Of a DNA stretch of 64,000 bases, positions 28,121 through 39,528 are shown piece after piece. A model generated the notes under the pieces. The model made no database searches, was not told the origin of the DNA, and saw only the letters and a program-made list of their open reading frames with translations. The translations under genes were made by a program, and so were the position numbers. Numbering within the stretch: position 1 is the first letter of the stretch; each line of letters opens with the position of its first letter. The stretch comes from an uncultured Gammaproteobacteria bacterium (GTDB lineage Bacteria > Patescibacteriota > Microgenomatia > Levybacterales > UBA12049), in the NCBI GenBank assembly GCA_964474445.1, contig CAYYSJ010000001.1, positions 142,530-206,529 on the forward strand. Reading direction: 5' to 3'.

Positions 28121-29692
28121 TTAATTTGAAAAATTTTCTGGCAGCGTATAATACCCACTTTTTGCTTTATCCCATTGATCCTTCGTAATATTAGGTATTT
28201 TTGTTTTCTTCACCCAAATACAGGAGGGTTTACCACTTTCAAGTAAACGCACATAAGAGCTTTGCTGTGAGGAAGTAAGCAGGCGTTGTGGTATATCTCC
28301 TTGCAGACAAGATCCATAATAAAGATCAGGAGGGTTTGTCTGAAGCATGCGAATTCGTGCACTTGTATATTTCGGAAATGCAGGCATGAGAGACGTATAC
28401 CATGAGTACTGGTAAGAAGAATACCTATGAGATACCCAATAGACCATATCGTCAAATCCATCAACAAAGAGCGTATCAGTAGGTTTGGAAAGTGTTCTCA
28501 CAATATCTCCGGCCTGGAGGACTCTCCCATAGTTAATAATAAACTCTTGATACGGAGATACTTTTTCTTTCCAAAATGCCTGTGGAGAAAAAAGAATATA
28601 CCCAATAATAAGATACAAACATGCCCTTACGAACACTTGCATCCATCGTTTTGGTAAAAAGACAACAAGTTGTGTAGTGATGAAAAGAAACAGAGCATAC
28701 CATACAGCTTGGTGAAATGCTTCGTAATATTGTAATCCTGGCGGAGTAAACCTAAAATTTGCCAATCCCAATACAAGAAAGACAAAAAACAATACTCTCC
28801 AATGTCTCCTCCAAAAGATATTTGCAATTGAAAAAAAGAATACAATCGATACGGCAATTTCTATACTTTTGAGAAACGTTTTACTACCGCTGAAAAAAAT
28901 GAATATTGGATATAAAAATGCCTTTATCGCCCCTATCCCAACAATACTTTCTGATCCGCTGGATGAAAGACTTACCTGTGAGTTGGTAGTAACAACATTA
29001 AAATAAAATTCGCTGATGTTGTGAAAAAGCAACGTTATCAAAGAAAGCAAAAAGAATATACCAAGAGCTACTCCTTTTCTTTTCCACTCCTTACTTCCCA
29101 GAACAAGGATTCCTAAGATACATAGTGTAAGAGGAACAAACGGTTCACGCATAAACACTACAAACCAGGCAAAAAACCCTCCAAGTATCCAGTCAAGAAG
29201 AAACAAAGATTGATTCCTAATCTTTTGTAATGCAATCCCTGTGAGATATAACAGAGGGTAGACAATTATTCCTTCTGCTAAAAATCTATCTCCAAATACA
29301 TAAAATTTCGTCAGCTCATAGATAAATATCATTGGCAATAGGCTGTAACCAAACCGAAGAAAAAGAAATATGTTCATTACCAAACCAAAAATAAAAACAA
29401 ATTGTCGATGCTTCAGTACAACATCGTAGAGATTCTGAGGGTGAGTTAACAGTTGAATAAGAGCACTGATATATGCCATACCGGGGGCATGATTATAGAA
29501 AATTTGTGAATAGAGGTGTTTGTTATGGAGTAAAAAGTATCCTCCCATGAAATTAAAACAATCATCAAAACAACCAAATGCATTCACGCGGGGAATATAC
29601 ATTTTGTATAAGAATAGGGATAACACACTAATACCCAGTATTCCTATTGCTGAGAATAGCAAAGACTTTTTAACAAAAAGATTATTGAGCAT
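28121..29692 (-). CDS. polytopic integral membrane protein (about 12 TM) with C-terminal soluble domain; possibly GT-C-fold glycosyltransferase-like
   Basis: 523 aa. First loop FGCFDDCFNFMGGYF carries a DD motif, as seen in GT-C enzymes. The assignment is tentative. Confidence 0.35.
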   Translation of the reverse strand: MLNNLFVKKSLLFSAIGILGISVLSLFLYKMYIPRVNAFGCFDDCFNFMGGYFLLHNKHLYSQIFYNHAPGMAYISALIQLLTHPQNLYDVVLKHRQFVFIFGLVMNIFLFLRFGYSLLPMIFIYELTKFYVFGDRFLAEGIIVYPLLYLTGIALQKIRNQSLFLLDWILGGFFAWFVVFMREPFVPLTLCILGILVLGSKEWKRKGVALGIFFLLSLITLLFHNISEFYFNVVTTNSQVSLSSSGSESIVGIGAIKAFLYPIFIFFSGSKTFLKSIEIAVSIVFFFSIANIFWRRHWRVLFFVFLVLGLANFRFTPPGLQYYEAFHQAVWYALFLFITTQLVVFLPKRWMQVFVRACLYLIIGYILFSPQAFWKEKVSPYQEFIINYGRVLQAGDIVRTLSKPTDTLFVDGFDDMVYWVSHRYSSYQYSWYTSLMPAFPKYTSARIRMLQTNPPDLYYGSCLQGDIPQRLLTSSQQSSYVRLLESGKPSCIWVKKTKIPNITKDQWDKAKSGYYTLPENFSN

Positions 29693-29780
29693 CCATTGTA
29701 TTTAACAGGAAATGCTCTGAGAAAATCAATATATCCTGTCTTTCCATGTCCCAACAGCTTTCTTACAAGTAGGCTGATAA

Positions 29781-30530
29781 ATGTCTATTAGTATCATATC
29801 CATGAGGAACATAAAGCAAGCAGAACACTTTTATGGTACTCTCATTGATCTTTTTATTGCCTATAATCACCAATTCATGGTAGGAGGAACCTATGCATTT
29901 GCGTGCTACACTGGAATAGAACGACCAACAAAAGACGTCGATTTTTTTTGCACTCCTGAAGAATACCCCAAGCTATTGCAGTTATGCAGTGAACATGGCT
30001 ATGAGACAGAGCTTTTAGATAAAACGTGGATTGCAAAAGTCCATTCATCTGGACTTACCGCTGATATTATTTTTGCAGAACGAAACGGCCTTGTTCGAGT
30101 ATCTGAGGACTGGTATAAGCGTGCACGAAATGGCGACGTGATGAACAGGCCAGTAAAACTGATGCCTATTGAAGAAATGATTCGATCTAAAGCATATATC
30201 CAGTCACGCAATAGATTTGACGGGGCAGATGTTGTCCATCTTATTCTTCGACACGGCAAAGAAATAGATTGGGAATATCTTTTTAAGAACATGGAAGCAG
30301 ATTGGGAACTGTTACTTTCCTACCTCCTACTGTTTAATTTTGTCTACCCTGCTGATCGAAATATCATTCCCTCATGGATTTTTGAAAAACTTATCGAACA
30401 ACTACAAAAGCAATATACAACCTCTCCTACAAAATCTCACATCACTCGTGGATTGTTACTCTCATCACAATATAACGTCGCAATTGAGAAATGGGGATAC
30501 AAAGAAATTGAGTCGAATTCACGTGCATAA
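29781..30530 (+). CDS. Pol-beta-superfamily nucleotidyltransferase-fold protein
   Basis: FMVGGTYAFACYTGIERPTKDVDFF matches hG[GS]x(9-13)Dh[DE]h, with a downstream third acidic strand (TADIIFAE). C-terminal helical region. The stop overlaps the next start (ATGG at 30527-30530). Confidence 0.5.
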   Translation: MSISIISMRNIKQAEHFYGTLIDLFIAYNHQFMVGGTYAFACYTGIERPTKDVDFFCTPEEYPKLLQLCSEHGYETELLDKTWIAKVHSSGLTADIIFAERNGLVRVSEDWYKRARNGDVMNRPVKLMPIEEMIRSKAYIQSRNRFDGADVVHLILRHGKEIDWEYLFKNMEADWELLLSYLLLFNFVYPADRNIIPSWIFEKLIEQLQKQYTTSPTKSHITRGLLLSSQYNVAIEKWGYKEIESNSRA

Positions 30531-31264
30531 TGGTTAAACAACGTACGGTAAAAATTGCTGCTCTTGCTGACACGCATGTTGGCAAATTCATCCACCCTCA
30601 AAATAACTACGAAGAAGTATTTGAAGCGGTAGGGCAGGATGCTGATATTTTACTCATCGGTGGAGATTTAACAGATCATGGACTACCAGAAGAGGCAAAA
30701 CAGCTTGTTACCTATTTAAAAAAATGTACTATCCCAAAAGCTGCTGTCCTTGGAAATCATGACTACACCAGAGGGAACCAGGAAGAAATCGTACATATCC
30801 TTGAAGAAGGAGGAGTCAATGTCTTAGGAGAAAAAATTTTTGAATTTGATAGTGTTGGGTTTGCTGGAGTAAAAGGATTTGGAGGCGGATTTGGCAAGCA
30901 TATGCTAGGAAGTTTTGGAGAAGATATTATCAAAGACTTTGTCAAAGAAACTATCGATGAAGCAGAGCAACTGGAAATTTCCTTAGATTACATTGGAAGA
31001 TATGAAAAAAAAGTGGTATTATTACATTACGCCCCTATCCCTGCAACGAATAAAGGAGAACCTTTAGAAATTTACCCTTTTCTGGGAAGTTCAAGATTTG
31101 AAGAAGTTGTAGACAGACACGAGGTTTCGGTGGTCTTTCATGGACATGCCCATTTTGGATCCACAGAAGGCAAGACGTTAAAAGGTATTCCTGTATATAA
31201 CGTCTCTTGGCCAATTATGCAAAAAATAAGTCCAAAAAGACCGTATAAAGTGATAGAACTATGA
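30530..31264 (+). CDS. calcineurin-like metallophosphoesterase
   Basis: Canonical motif series DTH(V)...GGDLTDHG...GNHDY...LLHYAP...HGHAH. Confidence 0.7.
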   Translation: MVKQRTVKIAALADTHVGKFIHPQNNYEEVFEAVGQDADILLIGGDLTDHGLPEEAKQLVTYLKKCTIPKAAVLGNHDYTRGNQEEIVHILEEGGVNVLGEKIFEFDSVGFAGVKGFGGGFGKHMLGSFGEDIIKDFVKETIDEAEQLEISLDYIGRYEKKVVLLHYAPIPATNKGEPLEIYPFLGSSRFEEVVDRHEVSVVFHGHAHFGSTEGKTLKGIPVYNVSWPIMQKISPKRPYKVIEL

Positions 31265-31962
31265 CAATAAAAGCTATTCTTTCTGATTTAGACAAAACGC
31301 TCATTGAGGACAGGCTTGTCCCGGAACAAGTTATTCGTGTTGTAAAAACATACCTGGAATTACCCAAAGAAAAGGCAGAAACTATTGTAAAAGATTTCTA
31401 TGATACCCAGACAACAAAAGCTCATTTCCTCAATGGATATTCAAAAGTTGGAGCGTGGAAAAAAGTTTTTGAACAAAATGCATTTGATTACTCTTACGAC
31501 CAATTATACGAATTGAATGATATTTTCTGGAAAACAGCAGCACAATTTGCAAGACCATACGAAGGTGTTATGGAAACTATCTCCTTTTTGAAAGAAAACG
31601 GGTATCTTTTTGGTATTGTGAGCGGTGGTGACTATATCACCCGTTATCAGCATTTAAAAGAAACGGACATACTTCCTTTTGCCGATGTTGTAGTAACAAC
31701 GGAGGAAATAGGACAGGTAAAACACACAAGAAACCTTTATTCTGTTGCTGCAGATGAATTAGGCGTTTTGTATACAGAAGCAATGACTGTGGGAGATAAT
31801 GAAACGGCTGATATTGTCCTTCCAAAAGACGAAGGCTTTATTACCGTCAAGATAGATCCGGAAGATGGTCCAACACAAGCACATTTTCGGGTTAACACAT
31901 TTTCTGAAATAGAAAATATTTTAGGGAATGAAGAAGATCTTATTCAACAGTTACGACCTTAA
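31261..31962 (+). CDS. HAD-superfamily hydrolase
   Basis: Motif I DLDKTLI, motif II-like SGG, motif IV GDNETAD. The start overlaps the upstream stop by 4 nt. Confidence 0.65.
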   Translation: MTIKAILSDLDKTLIEDRLVPEQVIRVVKTYLELPKEKAETIVKDFYDTQTTKAHFLNGYSKVGAWKKVFEQNAFDYSYDQLYELNDIFWKTAAQFARPYEGVMETISFLKENGYLFGIVSGGDYITRYQHLKETDILPFADVVVTTEEIGQVKHTRNLYSVAADELGVLYTEAMTVGDNETADIVLPKDEGFITVKIDPEDGPTQAHFRVNTFSEIENILGNEEDLIQQLRP

Positions 31963-33373
31963 TACTATTGATGTGCCCTGAAACACCAGGATGACTTCCT
32001 GCAACCTCTACAAGATGGTCTCCAGTAGTAAGCAGTCCTTTTGATACAAACTGTGTCACTATTTTATCGTATGCTTCGTCATTATCAATAATCTTGTCTA
32101 CAAAAAAGCATTTTACTCCCCATAATAATGCGAGCTGACGATAGGTATATGCATTATCGGTAATAGCAAATACAGGAACAGAAGGCCTGTACGAAGAGAC
32201 CTCCTGCACTGTTATCCCTGATTCTGTCAGTGCAACAATAGCTTTTGCATTCAATTTGAGCGCTAAAATAGCTGCAGATTCTGCAATCGCATCTATTTGT
32301 GTATGTTCGTCATGAGAATTAACGTGATGTTCTATACGAGATTCATGAATATATCGTTCTACCCTTCTAATAATTTTTTTCATCATAACAACTGACTCAA
32401 CCGGATAATCCCCATGTGCCGACTCTGCTGAAAGCATAACAGCATCAACCTCATCCAATACCGCTGTCGCAACATCATTCACTTCAGCTCGGGTTGGTTC
32501 TGCATTGTGGATCATACTCTCAAGCATTTGTGTCGCAACAATGACCGGTTTATGGGTTTGTTGCGCATACTTAATGATTGTTCTCTGAAGAATTGGTACT
32601 TCCTCCTGCCCTACTTCAACTGCCATGTCCCCTCTTGCAACCATAACACCATCAGCCGCGTCAATAATTTTTGTCAGATTTTTTACCGCAGCCCCGCATT
32701 CGATTTTTGCAATCACCTTTGGTATATGATGATGGGCAGCCATAAGTTCTTTTACATATTCAATATCTTTTTCTGATTGCACAAAGGAAACAGCAACATA
32801 ATCAACTTCATGAGCAAGGCCAAATGCTAAATCATCTTTATCTTTTTCTGTAAGAGCCATACTTGGAAGCTGAGTATCAGGAAGATTCACTCCTTTATGC
32901 GGTTTTATTTCCCCAGGCGCAACGACTGTACATGTTGCAATACCATTTGCTATCTCATCAACAACGAGTCTGACAAGTCCGTCATTAATCAGAATCGCAT
33001 TACCCACGTGTAAGTAAGGGAAAATATCTACCTGGACAGGGATACATTCATTCTCTTGAGTCTTGCCATAGCAAAGCATAACAATTTCATCTTTTTTCAA
33101 GAAAACTGAATTTTCTTTTAAATTCCCAAGACGAATTTTGGGCCCTTGTAAATCCTGAAGGATTGCAATTGGCTTATCTAATTCTTTTGAAAGTGCACGG
33201 ATTTTTTTGAGTCGTTCTTTATGATCATCTTGCGTTCCATGAGAAAAATTCAACCGTGCAACATTCATACCGGAGGTAATAATTGCTCGCAGTTTTTCTT
33301 CAGACTCACTTGCTGGGCCAATGGTGGCGACAATCTTTGTTTTTTTAAAATCATTAATTGCGGTAATCTGCAT
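31940..33373 (-). CDS. pyk: pyruvate kinase
   Basis: KIVATIGPAS...NVARLNFSHG...GPKIRLG and MVARGDMAVE signatures; 477 aa. Confidence 0.85.
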   Translation of the reverse strand: MQITAINDFKKTKIVATIGPASESEEKLRAIITSGMNVARLNFSHGTQDDHKERLKKIRALSKELDKPIAILQDLQGPKIRLGNLKENSVFLKKDEIVMLCYGKTQENECIPVQVDIFPYLHVGNAILINDGLVRLVVDEIANGIATCTVVAPGEIKPHKGVNLPDTQLPSMALTEKDKDDLAFGLAHEVDYVAVSFVQSEKDIEYVKELMAAHHHIPKVIAKIECGAAVKNLTKIIDAADGVMVARGDMAVEVGQEEVPILQRTIIKYAQQTHKPVIVATQMLESMIHNAEPTRAEVNDVATAVLDEVDAVMLSAESAHGDYPVESVVMMKKIIRRVERYIHESRIEHHVNSHDEHTQIDAIAESAAILALKLNAKAIVALTESGITVQEVSSYRPSVPVFAITDNAYTYRQLALLWGVKCFFVDKIIDNDEAYDKIVTQFVSKGLLTTGDHLVEVAGSHPGVSGHINSIKVVTVE

Positions 33374-33387
33374 AGGTAATAAAAGGA

Positions 33388-34017
33388 TTAATATCCAGCA
33401 TTTTCATGAGCTGCTCTGACTTGCTTGTTCACTATCTTTCCGTCTTTATCGATGTCATACACATAAGTCTCTCCTGTTGCTATCTCAAGGTTTGGAATAT
33501 CAGCATCTGATACATTTTCTAAATACTTTACCAGTGCCCGAAGCGAATTTCCGTGAGCGGCAATGATAACATTTTTCCCTTGTTCAAGAAGTGGAAGAAT
33601 GGTTTTTTGATAGTAAGGAACTACACGATCATACACATCTTTGAGAGACTCTCCTTGAGGAGGCTTGTCTGCCCATCCTCTTCTCCACTTCATAAATTGT
33701 TCTTCCCCATATTCTTCTTTTATTTTCCATTTGTTTTTACCGGTTAGATCACCATAATCTCTCTCACGAAGCTCCAGAGCTTCTGTTGTTGAAAGATCTT
33801 CTTGATGAATGACTTTTTTAATTTCATTAAGTGTCTCGATAGCACGTTTGAGAGATGAAGTAAAAGCATAATCGAAATGAATATCTTGTATCTCTTCTCC
33901 TGCTTTTTGTGCCTCTTTTCTCCCTTCATCATTTAAAGATACATCTGTCCACCCTGTCCAAAGGCCTAGAGCATTCCATTCTGATTTTCCATGTCTGACG
34001 AGTACTAGTTTTGCCAT
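33388..34017 (-). CDS. gpmA: 2,3-bisphosphoglycerate-dependent phosphoglycerate mutase
   Basis: LVLVRHGKSEWN..FTGWTDV...VIIAAHGNSLRALVKYLE aligns closely with GpmA. Confidence 0.8.
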   Translation of the reverse strand: MAKLVLVRHGKSEWNALGLWTGWTDVSLNDEGRKEAQKAGEEIQDIHFDYAFTSSLKRAIETLNEIKKVIHQEDLSTTEALELRERDYGDLTGKNKWKIKEEYGEEQFMKWRRGWADKPPQGESLKDVYDRVVPYYQKTILPLLEQGKNVIIAAHGNSLRALVKYLENVSDADIPNLEIATGETYVYDIDKDGKIVNKQVRAAHENAGY

Positions 34018-34022
34018 ATCAA

Positions 34023-35363
<1,341 letters not shown>

Positions 35364-35437
35364 TCACAAGAAATGTAAATAGTTTCTTTTTTGTAAGTAG
35401 TTTGAGAGCTTTACTTCACATGATACAATGCACTCGC

Positions 35438-36667
35438 ATGCTACATCTCTTTAACACGCTAACAAAACAAATAGAACCGTTTTTCCCTTCTCAAAATAAA
35501 AAAGTTACCCTTTACGTCTGCGGTATTACTCCATACGACACAACTCATCTAGGACATGCCTTCACATACATATCATTTGATGCACTTGTCAAATATTTTG
35601 CATACAAAGGTTATGAAGTCATATACACGCAAAATGTAACTGATATCAATGACCGCGATAAAGATATTCTGGAAAAAGCCAAAGAGCAGCACACAACCTG
35701 GCAAGCATTAACGAAATTTTGGACAGATAATTTTCTGAAAAACATGGCATCGTTGCACTGGACAAAGCCCACTCACTATTTGTATGCATCAGAGCAAATT
35801 CCTTCCATGATTGACCTCATTCAGAAAATATTAAGAAATGGATATGGCTACGAAGCAGATGGAGGCGTGTACTTGGATATTTCCAAGTATAAAGAGTATG
35901 GAAAGTTATCTCACCTTTCCTATAAAGACATGACCGTGCTTGCAAAAGAATTTGAAGAAGACATTGATAATCCTCACAAACGACACCCACTTGATATTAC
36001 CCTTTGGAAGCCCAGCCAACCAAACCAGCCTGCGCATATTCCCTCATTTGACAGTCCATTTGGGAAAGGTCGTCCCGGTTGGCATATTGAATGCTCGGCA
36101 ATGGCACTCAGTACATTAGCAAAACAACAATCAGACAAAGGTAATATTTACCGAAGTATTGATATTCATGGAGGGGGGATAGATCTTATCTATCCTCATC
36201 ATGAAAGTGAAATTACCCAGTCTGAAACAGCAACAGGAACAATACCATTTGCCAGGTTTTGGATGCACGTGCAGATAGTCCAAAAAGATCATGAAAAAAT
36301 GTCAAAATCAAAAGGGAATTTGATCATGGTAGGAGATCTACTTAAAAAATACTCTGCAAATGCAATCAGGTGGTACTTACTTTCTCATCATTACCGACAA
36401 AGCTGGAATTTTGATGAAGAGAAATTAGGAATAGCTCAAGGACATGTTACAAATCTTGAAAAAGCATTGCTCCCCTCTTCGGATATGGATACACCAACAA
36501 ATGAAGATAGATATTTGCTCGATCGTTTTGAAATGATGATGGATAATGATTTACAGACTCACGAAGTCTTGGAGATGGTACAGGAAAAGCTTCTGAAAAA
36601 AGAACTGCTTCCCGAAGAAAAAAAATCATTGACAATAATTTCCAAAACACTCGGGTTTGTATTTTAA
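35438..36667 (+). CDS. cysS: cysteine--tRNA ligase
   Basis: MLHLFNTLTKQ..YVCGITPYD.THLGHA (HIGH) and KMSKSKGN; the GRPGWHIECSAM zinc-site motif is typical of CysRS. The start is set at the ATG matching the E. coli N-terminus. Confidence 0.8.
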   Translation: MLHLFNTLTKQIEPFFPSQNKKVTLYVCGITPYDTTHLGHAFTYISFDALVKYFAYKGYEVIYTQNVTDINDRDKDILEKAKEQHTTWQALTKFWTDNFLKNMASLHWTKPTHYLYASEQIPSMIDLIQKILRNGYGYEADGGVYLDISKYKEYGKLSHLSYKDMTVLAKEFEEDIDNPHKRHPLDITLWKPSQPNQPAHIPSFDSPFGKGRPGWHIECSAMALSTLAKQQSDKGNIYRSIDIHGGGIDLIYPHHESEITQSETATGTIPFARFWMHVQIVQKDHEKMSKSKGNLIMVGDLLKKYSANAIRWYLLSHHYRQSWNFDEEKLGIAQGHVTNLEKALLPSSDMDTPTNEDRYLLDRFEMMMDNDLQTHEVLEMVQEKLLKKELLPEEKKSLTIISKTLGFVF

Positions 36668-36707
36668 TATAGCAGGACAATTGCCTTTCCACATATAATA
36701 AAGGGGT

Positions 36708-37598
36708 ATGTCTCTCTCTCGTTTTCAGTTTTTGATAAAAACTTTTGGACTTTTGTGTATTACTGTTGCACTTTTCTTGACCTTTAGCTCTTTTATTCTC
36801 CCAAAAAAACAAAGTGTACAAAAAATTTCTCCCCAACAAGAATCACAAGTGTTGGGTGCTTCATTTTTTCCTACGCCAACACCTGTAATCGTACTACCAA
36901 AAGACGTTCTCACCTCCCTGCAACAAGCTCCAGTTATTTCACAACATGTGGGTCATCCAACAAAAAGCAGTTACGTTATTGCTGTGTATGGAGATTCTTT
37001 GGAAGACACCATGGGAAACAGAGTGGAAAGGTTGTCCTCACTACTTACCCAACTGTACCCATCCATTCACTTTTCGTTATACAACTACGGTATAGGAGCA
37101 CAAAATGTTGAGCAGGGACTTGAGAGGTTTGACAACATTTTTACCTATAAAGGAAGAAATTATCCTCCGCTGCGTGATATAAAGCCGGATATCATCATTG
37201 TTGGCTCCTTTGCATACAACCCTTTTACTCCTCCTGATCCGGAAAAACACAAAATGCTTCTCATGCAACTTGTGCAGAAAGCAAAGAGTACGAGGGCAAA
37301 GGTATATCTGCTCGCTGAGATTGCACCCTTGGGGACAGATTTTGGCAAGGGCCCATCTGGAATGGCACAGTGGACAGATGAATATAGGCTGTCTCATGCA
37401 AAAGAAATTGTCGAACAAATGAAAAATGTATTCTCCGCTGCAACCAGTACCAATACGCCACTTATTGATGTCTATGATAAAACAAAAACTAATGGTCCGT
37501 TTGGGAGTTGGCAATATACCACGGCAACGGACGGTATCCATCCTTCAGAGACTGGTCAGTCTCTCACCGCATCAGAGATCGCTCACTCCATTTTTTAG
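36708..37598 (+). CDS. secreted/membrane-anchored SGNH (GDSL-like) hydrolase
   Basis: N-terminal TM. Block I VYGDSLED. Block V DGIHPS near the C-terminus. Confidence 0.6.
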   Translation: MSLSRFQFLIKTFGLLCITVALFLTFSSFILPKKQSVQKISPQQESQVLGASFFPTPTPVIVLPKDVLTSLQQAPVISQHVGHPTKSSYVIAVYGDSLEDTMGNRVERLSSLLTQLYPSIHFSLYNYGIGAQNVEQGLERFDNIFTYKGRNYPPLRDIKPDIIIVGSFAYNPFTPPDPEKHKMLLMQLVQKAKSTRAKVYLLAEIAPLGTDFGKGPSGMAQWTDEYRLSHAKEIVEQMKNVFSAATSTNTPLIDVYDKTKTNGPFGSWQYTTATDGIHPSETGQSLTASEIAHSIF

Positions 37599-37624
37599 AG
37601 TAAGTTTGCTATACTAAGGCCAAT

Positions 37625-38773
37625 ATGAAAGTCATTCTCTCCAGCTTTTTTCTCCTTCTTGCCTTCCTTTTTCTTACACCACAATCTCTTTTTGCAGTAG
37701 AAAATCCATTGTCATCCCCAAACAATAGATTTGGCATTCATATTCTTTTCACCTCAGAAGTCGACAAAGCCCATGATTTAGTTAACTCAAATGGTGGTGA
37801 TTGGGGATATGTCTTGATTCCAATCCAGTCAGGCGATAAGGACCTTGTCAAATGGCAGAACTTTATGGATAGCTGTCGAAACTACCATCTCATTCCTATC
37901 CTGAGGATTTCCACAGAAAATTATTTCTTTAATACACAAGTCTGGAGAAAACCTGATGCTTCGGATGTTTTAGATTTTGCAAACTTTCTCTCCTCTCTTA
38001 ATTGGCCAACAAAAAATAAATATATTATTGTTTTTAACGAGGTTAATAGAGGTGATGAATGGGGAGGGACTCCTGACCCTGCAGGATATGCACAACTTCT
38101 CTCATATGCAGTAACTGCATTTAAAGGAAAAGATTCTGACTTTTTTATTATCTCAGCAGGTTTGGATAATGCAGCACCGAATGCTGCTACGTTTATGAAT
38201 GAGTATGACTATATGTCCCAGATGAACCAGGCTGTTCCGGGTATTTTCAATCAAATTGATGGAATTGCCAGTCATTCATATCCCAATCCTGCGTTTTCCC
38301 AGCCTCCAACTATTAATTCACGAATGAGTATTACTAGCTTTACGTTTGAAAAAGCACTTGTTGACAGCCTTTCATCAAAGTCGCTTCCCGTTTTTATTAC
38401 TGAAACAGGATGGTCACAGGATGTTGTAGGGAAACAGACAACTGCTTCCTATTTTGTTCAAGCGTTTAATACCATATGGAATAATCCAAATATTGTTGCA
38501 GTTACTCCGTTTCTTCTTCAGGCAGGAGGTTCACCTTTTTCAACATTTTCATTTTTAGATACAGGTGGCAATCCAACACCTATTTACTCAGCTGTTAAAA
38601 ATCTGTCGAAAACAAAAGGAACCCCTGTCTTAGGTCCTGAAGTGTTGTCAGCACAAAACCAATTGGTTGACTTTAACACAAAAACATTTACTCCTTCCCT
38701 TCCGGATGAAAAACCTGTCCGTTTTGCTAATAACTTTAAAGAATTTATTAAGTGGCTCCTCCACGTACCATGA
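37625..38773 (+). CDS. secreted TIM-barrel glycoside-hydrolase-like protein (clan GH-A type)
   Basis: Signal peptide. NEVNRGDEWGG is an acid/base-like NE motif and ITETGWS is nucleophile-like, as in clan GH-A glycosidases. Confidence 0.4.
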   Translation: MKVILSSFFLLLAFLFLTPQSLFAVENPLSSPNNRFGIHILFTSEVDKAHDLVNSNGGDWGYVLIPIQSGDKDLVKWQNFMDSCRNYHLIPILRISTENYFFNTQVWRKPDASDVLDFANFLSSLNWPTKNKYIIVFNEVNRGDEWGGTPDPAGYAQLLSYAVTAFKGKDSDFFIISAGLDNAAPNAATFMNEYDYMSQMNQAVPGIFNQIDGIASHSYPNPAFSQPPTINSRMSITSFTFEKALVDSLSSKSLPVFITETGWSQDVVGKQTTASYFVQAFNTIWNNPNIVAVTPFLLQAGGSPFSTFSFLDTGGNPTPIYSAVKNLSKTKGTPVLGPEVLSAQNQLVDFNTKTFTPSLPDEKPVRFANNFKEFIKWLLHVP

Positions 38774-38826
38774 TTCTTGAAAAACCCTTTATACTTTCTC
38801 CTCTATACTTTATACTTCTGTAACAT

Positions 38827-39519
38827 ATGCCTCTCACCCTTATTCACGGAGACGATATCGCAGTTAGCAGAAATTATTACTTTGAGCTGAAAAGCAAATC
38901 CAAAGAGAGTATTACTCTTGATGGATCTAAAGTTTCTCTTACAGACCTTGCTCAATCTCTTGAAGGGCAAGATTTATTTGGAGATAGTAAAGAAATTTTT
39001 ATTGAAGAATTATTGTCCAAGAAAAAAGCATCAAAAGAGCTTGATGCTTTTGTGTCACTACTCCTAACCCACGACTCATCACCCATTACCCTCTGGGAAT
39101 CCAAAGAATTAACTCCCAAGCAAGTAGCAAACTTGAAGAAAGCAACGATAAAAATCTTTAAAATTCCAGCAACAATCTTTGCTCTTTTAGACGCGATAAA
39201 ACCTAAGAATGACAAGCAGCTGGTAGAGCTTTTTCATAAAACATTAGTGGATAAAGATACTGAATTTGTCTTTTTTATGCTCCAAAGACAAGTACGGATA
39301 CTTCTTGCCTTTCACTCACCAAATAACGCAACTATTTCTGAAATCACCCGTACTGCCCCCTGGCAAAAAGGGAAATTGGAAAAACAAGCACATCTTTTTA
39401 CTACAGCCCAACTAGTCAATCTTCATGCAAAACTTTTTGCTATCGAATATGGTCTTAAAACAGGGAATCTTTCCCTGCCTCTTACTGCAACAATTGACTT
39501 ACTCCTTCTGAATCTTTAA
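38827..39519 (+). CDS. holA: DNA polymerase III delta subunit (HolA)-like
   Basis: Size and the C-terminal pattern (..LVNLHAKLFAIEYGLKTG..) resemble HolA; the N-terminus LIHGDDIAV resembles HolA LLYGEE. Moderate confidence. Confidence 0.4.
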   Translation: MPLTLIHGDDIAVSRNYYFELKSKSKESITLDGSKVSLTDLAQSLEGQDLFGDSKEIFIEELLSKKKASKELDAFVSLLLTHDSSPITLWESKELTPKQVANLKKATIKIFKIPATIFALLDAIKPKNDKQLVELFHKTLVDKDTEFVFFMLQRQVRILLAFHSPNNATISEITRTAPWQKGKLEKQAHLFTTAQLVNLHAKLFAIEYGLKTGNLSLPLTATIDLLLLNL

Positions 39520-39528
39520 AGTAAAGGT

